The position numbers were made by a program, and so were the translations under genes. A model generated the notes under the pieces. That model worked only from the letters and a program-made list of their open reading frames with translations, had not been told where the DNA came from and did no database searches. From Nostoc sp. (GTDB lineage Bacteria; Cyanobacteriota; Cyanobacteriia; Cyanobacteriales; Nostocaceae), in NCBI GenBank assembly GCA_036918135.1, contig JBALDB010000001.1, forward strand, positions 64,001 to 128,000: DNA of 64,000 nucleotides. The letters run 5' to 3'. Each line of letters opens with the position of its first letter. Within the stretch, counting starts at the first letter, position 1. This document shows, piece by piece, positions 41,031 through 50,968 of this stretch.

Positions 41031-42089
41031 ATGATTAAAGCGAAACACTATAAAATCCTATTTGTAGAGCTACTGGGCGGAATTGGTGATGTTTTAATTG
41101 CCCTTGCTGCTATACAAGCACTTTCGCGATCGCATTCAACATCTGAACTTACAGTTTTAACTTTCTCACCAGGAGGTGAATTATTAGAAACAGACTCACT
41201 GATTAAGCGAGTTGTTTATGCTGAACCTGGGAAGGCAAAACAATCGGTTACTGAATTATTAAGTCGTGAAACTTTCGATTTGATTATCTCTGATACAAAC
41301 TACGAAGAAATCGATCGAGTTATTCAAAATAGTGGTGCGCCGCAGGTAGTAACGAATTTGTGGCGACAACCACCACCAGATGAAAGGGTAGGCGATCGCT
41401 TTGTTAAAATCCTCCTCGCAGAAGGTTTAATTATCCAAGATGCGATTGAGTCTGCACAACTACATCTGACTGCCGATGAATTAAACAAAGCCCAAAAGCT
41501 GTTTAGTCATCTCCCTCGTCCGCTTGTATTTTTCTGTCCAGATGCGGGGATGGCGATTAAGCATTGGACTAAAGCTAACTTTATTACTTTGGGTCAGATT
41601 TTACAACAACGTTGGGGCGCGACTGTAATTATCTGTGTTGGTTCTAGTGTTAGCCAGGCAACAAGTATTGTTGAAGAAATTGGTGGACAAGCGCAGATTT
41701 TACCCCGTGGGAAGTTGCGAGATTTGGCAGCTGCTTTAAGTTTTGCTGATTTAGTAGTAGCTGCTGATACTGGCCCCGCTCGAATTGCTGCCGCAGTTAA
41801 TGTACCAACAATTACTTTATTTGGGCCTTCTTGGCATGGGCGTTATGGTCAACCATTGCCTCATATTAATTTGCAAGCATATCCTGATTGTTCAGAACGG
41901 AATAACAGTAATTTTACAATGCAGCAGTGTTGGTATAGTGAGCTGTGTCCTTTAGATATGGGTTGGCAAAGTTGTATGGAAGAAATTTCTGTCAATCGGG
42001 TTTTAGCTGTTGCGGAGGGATTTTTAAACCAACCGCTAAGGACGCAAATAAAGGAAGAGGGGAAGAATTTACAAACGACTAATGACTAA
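41031..42089 (+). CDS. glycosyltransferase family 9
   Basis: GGIGDVL, KHW, ADTGPARIAAAV..TLFGP, Cys-rich C-terminus. Confidence 0.9.
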   Translation: MIKAKHYKILFVELLGGIGDVLIALAAIQALSRSHSTSELTVLTFSPGGELLETDSLIKRVVYAEPGKAKQSVTELLSRETFDLIISDTNYEEIDRVIQNSGAPQVVTNLWRQPPPDERVGDRFVKILLAEGLIIQDAIESAQLHLTADELNKAQKLFSHLPRPLVFFCPDAGMAIKHWTKANFITLGQILQQRWGATVIICVGSSVSQATSIVEEIGGQAQILPRGKLRDLAAALSFADLVVAADTGPARIAAAVNVPTITLFGPSWHGRYGQPLPHINLQAYPDCSERNNSNFTMQQCWYSELCPLDMGWQSCMEEISVNRVLAVAEGFLNQPLRTQIKEEGKNLQTTND

Positions 42090-42095
42090 TGACTA

Positions 42096-43181
42096 ATGAC
42101 CAATCAAAAATTGCATGGATTGCGTAATATCCTGGTGATGCGCCTCGATAATATTGGCGATGTGATTATGACAAGTCCGGCTTTACGGGCAATTAAGGAA
42201 AATTTGCCTGATTGTCGTTTGACTTTGATGACGAGTCCGGGTGGAGCGCAGGCAGTAGCGTTGTTACCTTGGGTGGATGAAGTTTTGCCGTGGCGATCGC
42301 TTTGGCAAGATTTGGGGAAGTTAGATTTCGATCCAGTGCGGGAGTGGGAATTAGTAAAAATTTTACAAGCTGGCAAGTTTGATGCAGCGATTATTTTCAC
42401 TAGTTTTAGTCAGAGTCCTCACCCAGCTGCTTTTTTATGTTACTTAGCTGGCATACCTTTGCGATTTGGAGAGTCTAAAGAATTCAGTCAGGGTTTAATA
42501 ACACAGGAAATACCAGCAGCACCCGACGAAATTCATCAAGTCGAGAGAAATTTGCGTTTAATTGAGGCGGCTGGTTTTCAAGTAAGCGATCGTAGTCTCT
42601 GCATCCAAATTCCGGAAGCTGCAAAACAACAAGCTTTAACTTTTTTACTGCATAGTAGTAAATATCAAAATTCCCAATTTGCTCCCTATCTTTTATTAAA
42701 TCCCTGGACAAGTTGCCAATCGCGTAATTATAACTCCCAACGCTTTGCTATTGCTGCCCATCAGTTAGCGGAAGCGATACAAATGCCTGTAGTCGTAACA
42801 GGTGTAGAAAAAGACCGAGACAAGAGTGCTTCTTTATTAGCAATATTAGGCGAATATGCCATTGATTTAATTGGCAAAACAACTTTACCTCAACTAGCAG
42901 CATTAATTGCTAACGCCAAGCTAGTGTTAACTAACAACACTTCAACAATGCACATAGCTGATGCTACTCGCACACCTACTGTTGTTATGTTCGCCGGAAC
43001 TGAACTTGAGTCACAATGGCAACCACGCAATGATTATTCATATTTACTGCGTCGCCCTACTGTATGTAGTCCGTGCTACGCCTTTAGCTGTCCCTATAAT
43101 TTGGAATGTTTAGATATCCCACCGGAGGAAGTTGTAGCTACTGGCTTGGCTTTGATAAAAAAGTTGAGTTTTAATAATTAA
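42096..43181 (+). CDS. glycosyltransferase family 9
   Basis: RLDNIGDVIMTSP, NNTSTMHIADA, CSPCYAFSCPYNLEC. Confidence 0.9.
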   Translation: MTNQKLHGLRNILVMRLDNIGDVIMTSPALRAIKENLPDCRLTLMTSPGGAQAVALLPWVDEVLPWRSLWQDLGKLDFDPVREWELVKILQAGKFDAAIIFTSFSQSPHPAAFLCYLAGIPLRFGESKEFSQGLITQEIPAAPDEIHQVERNLRLIEAAGFQVSDRSLCIQIPEAAKQQALTFLLHSSKYQNSQFAPYLLLNPWTSCQSRNYNSQRFAIAAHQLAEAIQMPVVVTGVEKDRDKSASLLAILGEYAIDLIGKTTLPQLAALIANAKLVLTNNTSTMHIADATRTPTVVMFAGTELESQWQPRNDYSYLLRRPTVCSPCYAFSCPYNLECLDIPPEEVVATGLALIKKLSFNN

Positions 43182-43253
43182 AGTTTGCACAATCTTGATT
43201 CTTTCTTTTGACTTTTGCCTTGTTGTCTTAGCTACAATCGCCCTAAACAAAAC

Positions 43254-43375
43254 TTACAGCAGTTTGCAAGTAAATGAGGTACAAAATGCAGGAATTAAAA
43301 TCAGACATAAACAGTTTCTACCTCCTGCCTCAAAACCCGTAGCTTTGTACTTCATGCAAGAGAAAACTGCTGTAA
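43254..43375. mobile_element. MITE-like element
   Basis: TTACAGCAGTTT ... AAACTGCTGTAA terminal inverted repeat plus subterminal ATGAGGTACAAA / TTTGTACTTCAT. Confidence 0.65.
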
Positions 43376-43514
43376 ATTCGTTCTTAGTTAAAGTTGTGTC
43401 GGGTTGGATGCAAGCACTAATTCATATTTAGGCGTTGCAGAATAGAAATATGAATTAGTGCAATCGCACAGATGTAATATATCGAAACAACGGCGATTGC
43501 ATAGTACACACACG

Positions 43515-44489
43515 ATGACAATTAACATCACGGTTTATGATTTTTGGGATTTGAGGAAAGCAACAAATCAAAAACTCCTAATTGATCCAATCCATCAAGA
43601 AGATTATCTTTGTCAGTATCCTAGAGAACTGGGCAAAGGCTATTATCGCTGGATTCCCCTTCGTGAAGGCATTCTCATCGAAATTCTTGAAACCTATTTG
43701 CCGCAGTCAATCAAGTGGATTACTCATGCTCATCAAAACAGTTTAGAATTTGGATTTACTTTAGCTGGATCAGGACAAGATTATGCTGGACAATCAACAA
43801 AGTCAGGAGAAGACTATATTTTTGGCGGTGTGTATCCACAGTCGAATAACAGCGTTAATGGAGCAGGTAATCTGAGGTGGGTGAGTTTGATAATTAAGCC
43901 AGAAACGCTAAGGACGTTGATCGAAAGTTATGGGGAACCACTACCGCAAGATTTAGAAAAAGCGATCGCAGGTGTACCAGAATATTTTAACCTACGTCCT
44001 AGTTTAATTACCCCAGCCAAACAAGTTGCGCTCCAGCAAATTCTTCATTGTCCTTATCAAGGACTAACACGCAAAATGTATCTGGAGAGCAAAGTGCTAG
44101 AACTAGTTTCCCTCAAACTAGCAGATCGAGTAGCAGCGCCAACAGAAAAACTGTTACGGCTTCAAGAAATCGATCGCATCCATCACGCCAGAGACATTTT
44201 ACTAAGGAATATCGGTAATCCACCTTCATTAATCGATCTTGCTCGACAAGTGGGTATTAACGAATACACTCTTAAACGCGGGTTTCGTCAAATTTTTGGG
44301 ACTAAAGTGTTTGGTTACTTACACGACTATCGCATGGAACAAGCCAGGCAATTACTGCTGTCAGGGCAAATGAAAATTGAACAGGTCGCTCAAATTGTTG
44401 GTTATGTTAACCGCAGTCGCTTTGCAAGTGCGTTTAGGAAAAAATACGGTGTAAATCCCAAAGCGTATCAAATGCAAAAGAATATTTAG
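43515..44489 (+). CDS. AraC family (PchR-like) transcriptional regulator
   Basis: CPYQGLTRKMYLESKVLEL, PPSLIDLARQVG..LKRGFRQIFG, VGY..SRFASAFRKKYGVNP. Confidence 0.93.
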   Translation: MTINITVYDFWDLRKATNQKLLIDPIHQEDYLCQYPRELGKGYYRWIPLREGILIEILETYLPQSIKWITHAHQNSLEFGFTLAGSGQDYAGQSTKSGEDYIFGGVYPQSNNSVNGAGNLRWVSLIIKPETLRTLIESYGEPLPQDLEKAIAGVPEYFNLRPSLITPAKQVALQQILHCPYQGLTRKMYLESKVLELVSLKLADRVAAPTEKLLRLQEIDRIHHARDILLRNIGNPPSLIDLARQVGINEYTLKRGFRQIFGTKVFGYLHDYRMEQARQLLLSGQMKIEQVAQIVGYVNRSRFASAFRKKYGVNPKAYQMQKNI

Positions 44490-44515
44490 ACCTATTACTG
44501 TATTAATCTACCTCA

Positions 44516-44559
44516 AAATTCCAATTAGGGCGCAAAAAAATTCCGTTTTGGAGCCATTT
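44516..44559 (+). promoter_or_regulatory. imperfect direct repeat, candidate AraC/PchR binding site upstream of the TonB receptor
   Basis: AAAATTCCAATTAGGGCGC / AAAATTCCGTTTTGGAGC. Confidence 0.4.
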
Positions 44560-44667
44560 TTTTGACTTAAATCCTGTATTGTACTAGCAAGAGCAAGTTG
44601 AGAAATCTTCTTGACTAACGAGCAAAAATATTTGCTCTGTTGCTAACCTGCTTGGTGTAAAGAAAAT

Positions 44668-47328
44668 ATGTGGAATTTGCAACTGCCATTGTTGGCGGCT
44701 ACTTTGGTGTCGGTATTTTTTGCACAGACTGTATTGGCACAGGAAGTTAGTAAGAGCCAAAATCTGACAGATAACCAAGAAAATCAGATAGACCAGATAA
44801 AATTGCCAATAACTCATGCAAATAGGAACATTAGGCAATTAAGTGAGCTAGAACCAGTTTCTACTAGCGCTCGTATGTTATTAGTGCAGTCGCCAACACC
44901 CACATCAGAAATTGTCCAAGTGACAGCAGTCAAAGCAAACCCCACTGATAAAGGCGTGGAGGTAATTTTACAGACATCTAAGGGGCAACAGTTACAGCTA
45001 GTAAATCACACTTCGGGCAATAATTTTATCGCTGATATTCCGAATGCCCAACTGCGCCTACCGTCGGGCAATGCCTTTAGTTTTCGCTCAGATAAACCAA
45101 TAGCGGGTGTTAGCAAAATCACGGTGACAAACCTTGATGCCAATACTATCAGGGTGAGTGTCACAGGTGAAGTGAGTCAGCCAGTTGTGGAGTTATTTGA
45201 TAGTCCAGATGAGGGGATAATTTTCTCTGTTGCAAGTGCTTTATCTGCCACGCCATCACAGCAGCAACCGCAAACACAACCAAACCAAACACAGCAACCG
45301 GAAAATCAGACACAACCAACTCAACCATCAGCCAACAGTGATGAGCCGATTGAGTTGGTGGTGACTGGCGAACAAGATGGGTATCGCGCCACAGATAGTT
45401 CAACTGCAACCAGAACCGACACACCGTTGCGCGATATTCCTCAGTCGATTCAAGTAATTCCGCAAGAGGTAATCAAAGACCAGCAAATCACACGGATTAG
45501 CGATGCGACCCGGAATGTGTCCGGCGTATCACCGTTAACAGGCTTTGCCAATGTATTTGATATCTACACGATTCGAGGATTTACCAACTACAACATTCTG
45601 ACAAATGGTTTCAAAACCAACAGTTATCCTCCAGCTACAGCCAGCGTAGAGAGAGTTGAAGTTCTTAAAGGTCCTGCCTCTGTATTGTATGGTCAGATTG
45701 AACCGGGCGGTGTCGTCAATTATGTGACTAAGCAACCCTTGGGCGATCCCTACTACGCAGCAGAATTTACAGCAGGTAGTTTCAGTTTTTATCGGGGTAC
45801 CATCGACTTTTCTGGACCACTTACCACCGACAAAAAATTACTCTATCGCTTGAATGTTGCTTACGAGAATTCCGCCAGTTACCGGGATTTCTATAATTAC
45901 GATAATTTCACTGTGTCCCCTGTCATCACTTATAAGCCTAGCGAAAACACAGCTCTCACTTTTGAATACCAGTATGGTAGACGACGTGGAGGATTCGATC
46001 GCGCCTTTCCACCGAACAACCCCGCTCTGACGCTTCCCATCACTCGCAACTTCGGAGAGCCTAATGACTTTAACAATCTAGACTATCATCGCGCATCTTT
46101 AACACTGGATCAGCATTTCGGCGAAAGTTTACAACTGCGAAGCGCTCTTTTTTTCCAATCATTCGTTGATAACAGTGCCTATGTCAACATTAACATCATT
46201 GAACCAGATGGTCGTACTTTGGAGCGCGACTACTCAGTAAACGACGATCTCCTCACTAAATACTACTCCTGGCAAACTGATTTAATTGGTAAGTTCAACA
46301 CAGGTTCAATTGCCCATCAACTCCTGCTAGGCTTGGAGTTGAGTCGAAACACATCACCACCTGGTCTTTTATCTAACTATAACTATAGTACTGGCTTAAT
46401 CGATATTTTCAATCCTGTCTATGGTGCTGGCCGTCCCACAACCCTAGAAAATGCTACTTATTATTCTGGCAAAACCGACACACTAGGTCTTTATTTGCAA
46501 GACCAAGTAACTCTACTATCTAATTTGAAGTTGCTGGTTGGTGGTAGATACGATTTTGTTGATAGCGTCAATAGTACAAGACCATTAGGTGGAGACATCA
46601 ATAGCTCTAAGTTTAACGGTAATGCCTTTTCACCCCGTGTGGGATTAGTCTATCAACCTATTGAACCGATTTCGCTCTATGCTAGTTACAGCCGTTCCTT
46701 TGTTCCCAACACTGGCAGAACGGCTAGTGGAGAAATACTCGAACCTTCTCGCGGTACACAGTACGAAGTTGGTATAAAATCTGAACTTTTTGATCGACGG
46801 CTTTTTGCAACGCTAGCTGCCTATGATATTACCAAAACAAACATACTCACAACAGACCCTAACAATACCGACTTTTCAATTGCGGTGGGAGAAGTCAAAA
46901 GTCGAGGGATTGAACTGGATGTAGCAGGAGAAATTTTACCAGGTTGGAAGATTATTGCTTCTGGGTATTTGAATGATGCATTTGTGAGCAAGGATAACAG
47001 CATTCCAGTAGGACGCAGACTGGAAAATGCAGCCGATCATGGCGCTTCTTTATGGACAACCTATGAGATTCAAAAAGGTGACTTGCAAGGATTACAGTTT
47101 GGTGCAGGTATCTTTTTTGTCGGCGATCGCATTGCCAACCAGAGCGATCCCTTTACTATTCCTTCTTATGTGAGAACTGATGCCGCAATCTCCTACAAAC
47201 ATGATAACTGGCGGGCGGCACTCAACTTTAAGAATATCTTTGATGTCAAATATTACGACACCAACGGCTACTACCTCTTTCCTCAAGCACCGTTGACTGT
47301 GTTGGGAACGATTTCAGTAGAGTTTTGA
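44668..47328 (+). CDS. TonB-dependent siderophore receptor with N-terminal AMIN domain
   Basis: Signal peptide, AMIN-like region, IELVVTG TonB box, DTPLRDIPQSIQVI plug, ERVEVLKGPASVLYG, C-terminal SVEF. Confidence 0.95.
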   Translation: MWNLQLPLLAATLVSVFFAQTVLAQEVSKSQNLTDNQENQIDQIKLPITHANRNIRQLSELEPVSTSARMLLVQSPTPTSEIVQVTAVKANPTDKGVEVILQTSKGQQLQLVNHTSGNNFIADIPNAQLRLPSGNAFSFRSDKPIAGVSKITVTNLDANTIRVSVTGEVSQPVVELFDSPDEGIIFSVASALSATPSQQQPQTQPNQTQQPENQTQPTQPSANSDEPIELVVTGEQDGYRATDSSTATRTDTPLRDIPQSIQVIPQEVIKDQQITRISDATRNVSGVSPLTGFANVFDIYTIRGFTNYNILTNGFKTNSYPPATASVERVEVLKGPASVLYGQIEPGGVVNYVTKQPLGDPYYAAEFTAGSFSFYRGTIDFSGPLTTDKKLLYRLNVAYENSASYRDFYNYDNFTVSPVITYKPSENTALTFEYQYGRRRGGFDRAFPPNNPALTLPITRNFGEPNDFNNLDYHRASLTLDQHFGESLQLRSALFFQSFVDNSAYVNINIIEPDGRTLERDYSVNDDLLTKYYSWQTDLIGKFNTGSIAHQLLLGLELSRNTSPPGLLSNYNYSTGLIDIFNPVYGAGRPTTLENATYYSGKTDTLGLYLQDQVTLLSNLKLLVGGRYDFVDSVNSTRPLGGDINSSKFNGNAFSPRVGLVYQPIEPISLYASYSRSFVPNTGRTASGEILEPSRGTQYEVGIKSELFDRRLFATLAAYDITKTNILTTDPNNTDFSIAVGEVKSRGIELDVAGEILPGWKIIASGYLNDAFVSKDNSIPVGRRLENAADHGASLWTTYEIQKGDLQGLQFGAGIFFVGDRIANQSDPFTIPSYVRTDAAISYKHDNWRAALNFKNIFDVKYYDTNGYYLFPQAPLTVLGTISVEF

Positions 47329-47688
47329 CCTTATATTTATCAAGAATAGACCTCTTGCAAAAAGTTTTATGGTAATGTGGGGGGTTAACTAAATCGAAGG
47401 TAACGAATCAACAGACATCTTTGAAAACTATCAAAGTTTCTCCTTGCAATAGTACAGACAATTGTGTTTAGAACAACTACACCAACAAGCGCAATTTGTA
47501 CCGTCAATTAAGTGTCTATCGTTTTTTATTAACTTCAGTAGACCGAAAAGTTTTACGTTGGCGTTCGCATAGCCTCTTGTAGAGAAGCTCACCGTACCCC
47601 TACGGTAAAGCAAGCTACGCGTAGCGTTCTGCGAAAAAGGTATCGCTATATGATGGATATCTATTCTACTTCTCCTCTGTTTCTACTT

Positions 47689-48900
47689 ATGATTCGCATT
47701 ATTATCATTGCTGGTACTTATAAACCTGAACATTGTGGTGTTGCTCACTACACTGCACGCTTGCGGAATGCTCTAAAACAGGAGGACATTGAGTCTATTG
47801 TCCTTACAACCTATAAAGCAGCCGTACAGACAAACGATCCCAGCGTAAGAGGTGTGGTAAAAAACTGGGATTTTGCTAGTCTAATGTCTTTGGTACAAGC
47901 AGTGCATTCTATCAATGCTGATATTGTACATATTCAACATGCAGCAGGAACTTATGGATTTAGGCGTGCCATCTTTTTTTTACCACTTATTTTAAAAATT
48001 ACTGGTTATCAAAAGTCAATAGTAACAACTGTACATGAATATGGCTGGTGGGAATGGCAACCCAATTATCTACCGTGGCAGTTCATAGAATGGTTAAAGA
48101 TATGGGGGCAAAATTATAGCTGGTGGGATAGAGAAGATGGGTTTTTACTAACTTTGAGCAATGCAATAATTACAACCAACGCCGAGGCAGAAAAAATAAT
48201 TCATCAACGCTTACCGCAACTTAGGCAACGTATTTTTAATATCCCCATTGCTGCAAATGTTGAGTTTAGTACACCCATTGACCAATCTATAGCACGTGAG
48301 CGATCGCGTAAAATATGCAACTGGAATTTAGATACAATTGTTATTGTATTTTTTGGTTTTCTTCACCCAGTCAAAGGATTAGAAACACTCTTGCCAGCAT
48401 TCCAAAAATTACTGTTAACTCACCCACAAGCACGACTGTTGTTAGTTGGTGGTGTTGAAAGTTTAGCTTTGCCAGGGGAAGAGGCGAAACGCTACTGGGA
48501 TAAACTCCACACTTTAGCAAAGGAATTAAATATAGACAACAAAGTGCATTTTACAGGCTATGTAGATGCTAAAACTGCTTCAGAATATCTTTCTGGTGCT
48601 GATATCGGTGTGTTACCTTTCAACCACGGACTGACTATAAAAAGTGGTTCACTTCTAACTTTGTTGGCTCATAATTTGCCAGTCATTGGTACACACCATG
48701 AGATACCTTTACCAGATGAAATGAGAGTCCAGCTAGTACGTCCTCGGAATATAGATGCTTTAGCAGATGCACTTTACCAATTGCTGAACCATCCAAATAA
48801 ATTTAGTCATTTAGCTGCGGCTGATTCTACCTTTATAGAAAAATTTAGTTGGAAGAATATAGCGCGATCGCACCTCACAATCTACCAACAATTTAACTAA
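47689..48900 (+). CDS. glycosyltransferase family 4
   Basis: CGVAHYT, TTVHEY, FFGFLHPVKG, KSGSLL; start placed at MIRIIII. Confidence 0.88.
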   Translation: MIRIIIIAGTYKPEHCGVAHYTARLRNALKQEDIESIVLTTYKAAVQTNDPSVRGVVKNWDFASLMSLVQAVHSINADIVHIQHAAGTYGFRRAIFFLPLILKITGYQKSIVTTVHEYGWWEWQPNYLPWQFIEWLKIWGQNYSWWDREDGFLLTLSNAIITTNAEAEKIIHQRLPQLRQRIFNIPIAANVEFSTPIDQSIARERSRKICNWNLDTIVIVFFGFLHPVKGLETLLPAFQKLLLTHPQARLLLVGGVESLALPGEEAKRYWDKLHTLAKELNIDNKVHFTGYVDAKTASEYLSGADIGVLPFNHGLTIKSGSLLTLLAHNLPVIGTHHEIPLPDEMRVQLVRPRNIDALADALYQLLNHPNKFSHLAAADSTFIEKFSWKNIARSHLTIYQQFN

Positions 48901-48945
48901 AATAGTGCTAACTTATCTCCCTTCCCTAAATTAAATAGTATCTGC

Positions 48946-50157
48946 CTAACACTCAGAAATACTCAGTTGCCGTAGTAGCAAAGCTAAACGAATTTGAACT
49001 GCATCATCAAAATGACGTGGGTTAAGTCCAGTTAGCAGGTGAATTTTATCTAATCGATAACTAAGAGTATTTCGATGGATAGAAAGGCGACTAGCTGTAG
49101 GAGAAGAACAACAGTTTTCAATGAAGAAAGCATCAAGAGTAGCTAGCAATTCCGGTTCGTGGTTCAGAGGACTTAGCAAATAGGCAGCTAATTCTATTTT
49201 GGTTCGCTCATCCTTAATACCAATAAAGGCGGCGATTCCCAATTCATCTAAACAATGTACTTGGTTGCGATCGCAAAAGCGATCGCCCAAAGTCAAAGCA
49301 GCCCGCGCGTCTTGATATGATTGAGCAAGTCCCCGAATCCCTGGGTGATAACGACCAACACTAATACTGAGCGACATACCAGTTTGCTCTTGTAAACAGA
49401 GTAATAATGCTCTTGCTGCTCGCTTGAGTGCTGTCAGATTAGACCAAGAAGAACTACACTGCTCTGGTAAATCTTCACGATTTGCCCAACTACCGAGATT
49501 TTTTGTATCACTTGCTTTAAGAACAGCTACTTCGCTATTACCGATATAGGCACAAATTGAGTCGTTAGGAAGACAGAAAAAGCTAACAATATTTTTAATG
49601 ATTAAATCTGCCCATCGTCGAATCTCTACCTCAGTAGTATCCTGCTTTATCTGATAATAAATGTCATTTTTTAATATATAATCAGCAGCACTTATTAAAA
49701 TAACTGCACGAGGCGGAGACAAATCTATTCCTAATATTTTACTATAGTGAATAACAGTTTTTTCTTCGTCGATTAAGCCATGAAGTAAATCGTAAATAAA
49801 CTTATCTTTTAACTGATGTTGATTAACCAATGTATTAATTATCGTAGTTTGTTTAGTTACTAATTCTACGACTTCCTGGGCTAAACGATAAGAAATTACT
49901 TCTCCATTATGCGGTTGGCTAACAACTACTTCAACAACTTGCTGATTAAATGATAAAGATACTCGTAAATAGTTATAAGTAATTTCTTTACGAACGTAGT
50001 TGAAAGAGTAATTAATTAATGTTGGATTACTACTAGCAATTATGCAAGCATATCGATCTAAAATAATAACTTCCGCGCATAATAGCTGCGCTACTTGTTC
50101 TGCAACTATTGTTAGAACTTGTTCAAATTGTGTATTAGTTTTCAATAATGCTTTCAT
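48946..50157 (-). CDS. CdaR/PucR family transcriptional regulator
   Basis: N-terminal sugar-diacid-recognition-like region (ILDRYACIIASS), SYQDAR, TASRLSIHRNTLSYRLDKI..LTG HTH. Confidence 0.9.
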   Translation of the reverse strand: MKALLKTNTQFEQVLTIVAEQVAQLLCAEVIILDRYACIIASSNPTLINYSFNYVRKEITYNYLRVSLSFNQQVVEVVVSQPHNGEVISYRLAQEVVELVTKQTTIINTLVNQHQLKDKFIYDLLHGLIDEEKTVIHYSKILGIDLSPPRAVILISAADYILKNDIYYQIKQDTTEVEIRRWADLIIKNIVSFFCLPNDSICAYIGNSEVAVLKASDTKNLGSWANREDLPEQCSSSWSNLTALKRAARALLLCLQEQTGMSLSISVGRYHPGIRGLAQSYQDARAALTLGDRFCDRNQVHCLDELGIAAFIGIKDERTKIELAAYLLSPLNHEPELLATLDAFFIENCCSSPTASRLSIHRNTLSYRLDKIHLLTGLNPRHFDDAVQIRLALLLRQLSISEC

Positions 50158-50532
50158 CTAATAATATTTATAATTAATTATTAAACTAATTACTTACTAA
50201 TAATAGCTGCCTCAATAAATAAGAAAAATTAAACTCTCTAAAAATTATTTAATGTGATTAATTAGATATAAATAAACCTATAAATAAAAAACTAAACTTT
50301 CGATATAAAAACATCTTTTTGAAGTTGTAATTAGTAGTCCTCGCTCAAGTACTCTTTGAGACAACATCACAGGTGGTCAAATCTCAGTTGAGCTTTGTAA
50401 TATCGATCCTTCACCAGAGTAATTTAATGGTACAAAAGTATTATACACGAGAAGAAGTTGAGCTATCCGCCTTTTGTAGTTTCGTTGACATTTACGGTTA
50501 TATTAGACTGATATTCGATTGTTGAAATATAC

Positions 50533-50609
50533 GTAGGGTGCGTTAGCCAGAGGCATAACGCACTACCCAAAGGCTTTGGTGCCGTACTCTCGCCGATAAC
50601 ACACCCTAC
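50533..50609. repeat. GTAG-type REP-like doublet nested in a MITE-like repeat
   Basis: GTAGGGTGCGTTA..TAACGCAC ... TAACACACCCTAC; flanking end resembles TTTTTCATAAATCAAAT..CCTA, also seen near 51475. Confidence 0.6.
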
Positions 50610-50677
50610 AGACACTTAGATTTTTTCATAAATCAAATCATATTCCTATTATTGGGAACAAGTTAAAAGTAAGTAAA

Positions 50678-50796
50678 TTTTGTCAATATATCTTTGAGCA
50701 TAAATATCTTCTGATAAAAATGATAATTGTAGCGAAGAGGAAGGATGCGAGCGACGTTTGCATCCTTCCCCACCTCAATTTTTGATTATCATTATC
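50678..50796. repeat. hairpin element flanked by AATGATAAT / ATTATCATT, copy 2
   Basis: GGAAGGATGCGAGC-GAC-GTTTGCATCCTTCC 14 bp stem with two G-U pairs; same flanks and spacing as 9875-9990. Confidence 0.6.
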
Positions 50797-50968
50797 GTGC
50801 TGGTTTACTAGAATGATTTGTTTCCAACAAAATTACATAGAACTCAGTTAAGACAAATAATTGAGCGACCGGAAGCGACCACGAAGCAGGAGCGGCTGGT
50901 GTTGCTGGCACAGGAAGCGATCGCTTGGTTGCAGGCGCAGGGTGAGAAGGTGACGCAGCAGCGCGTCG

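Noticed and set aside
43195..43431. 78 aa ORF between GT9 and AraC
   Set aside because: Composed mostly of a MITE-like element and heptamer repeats
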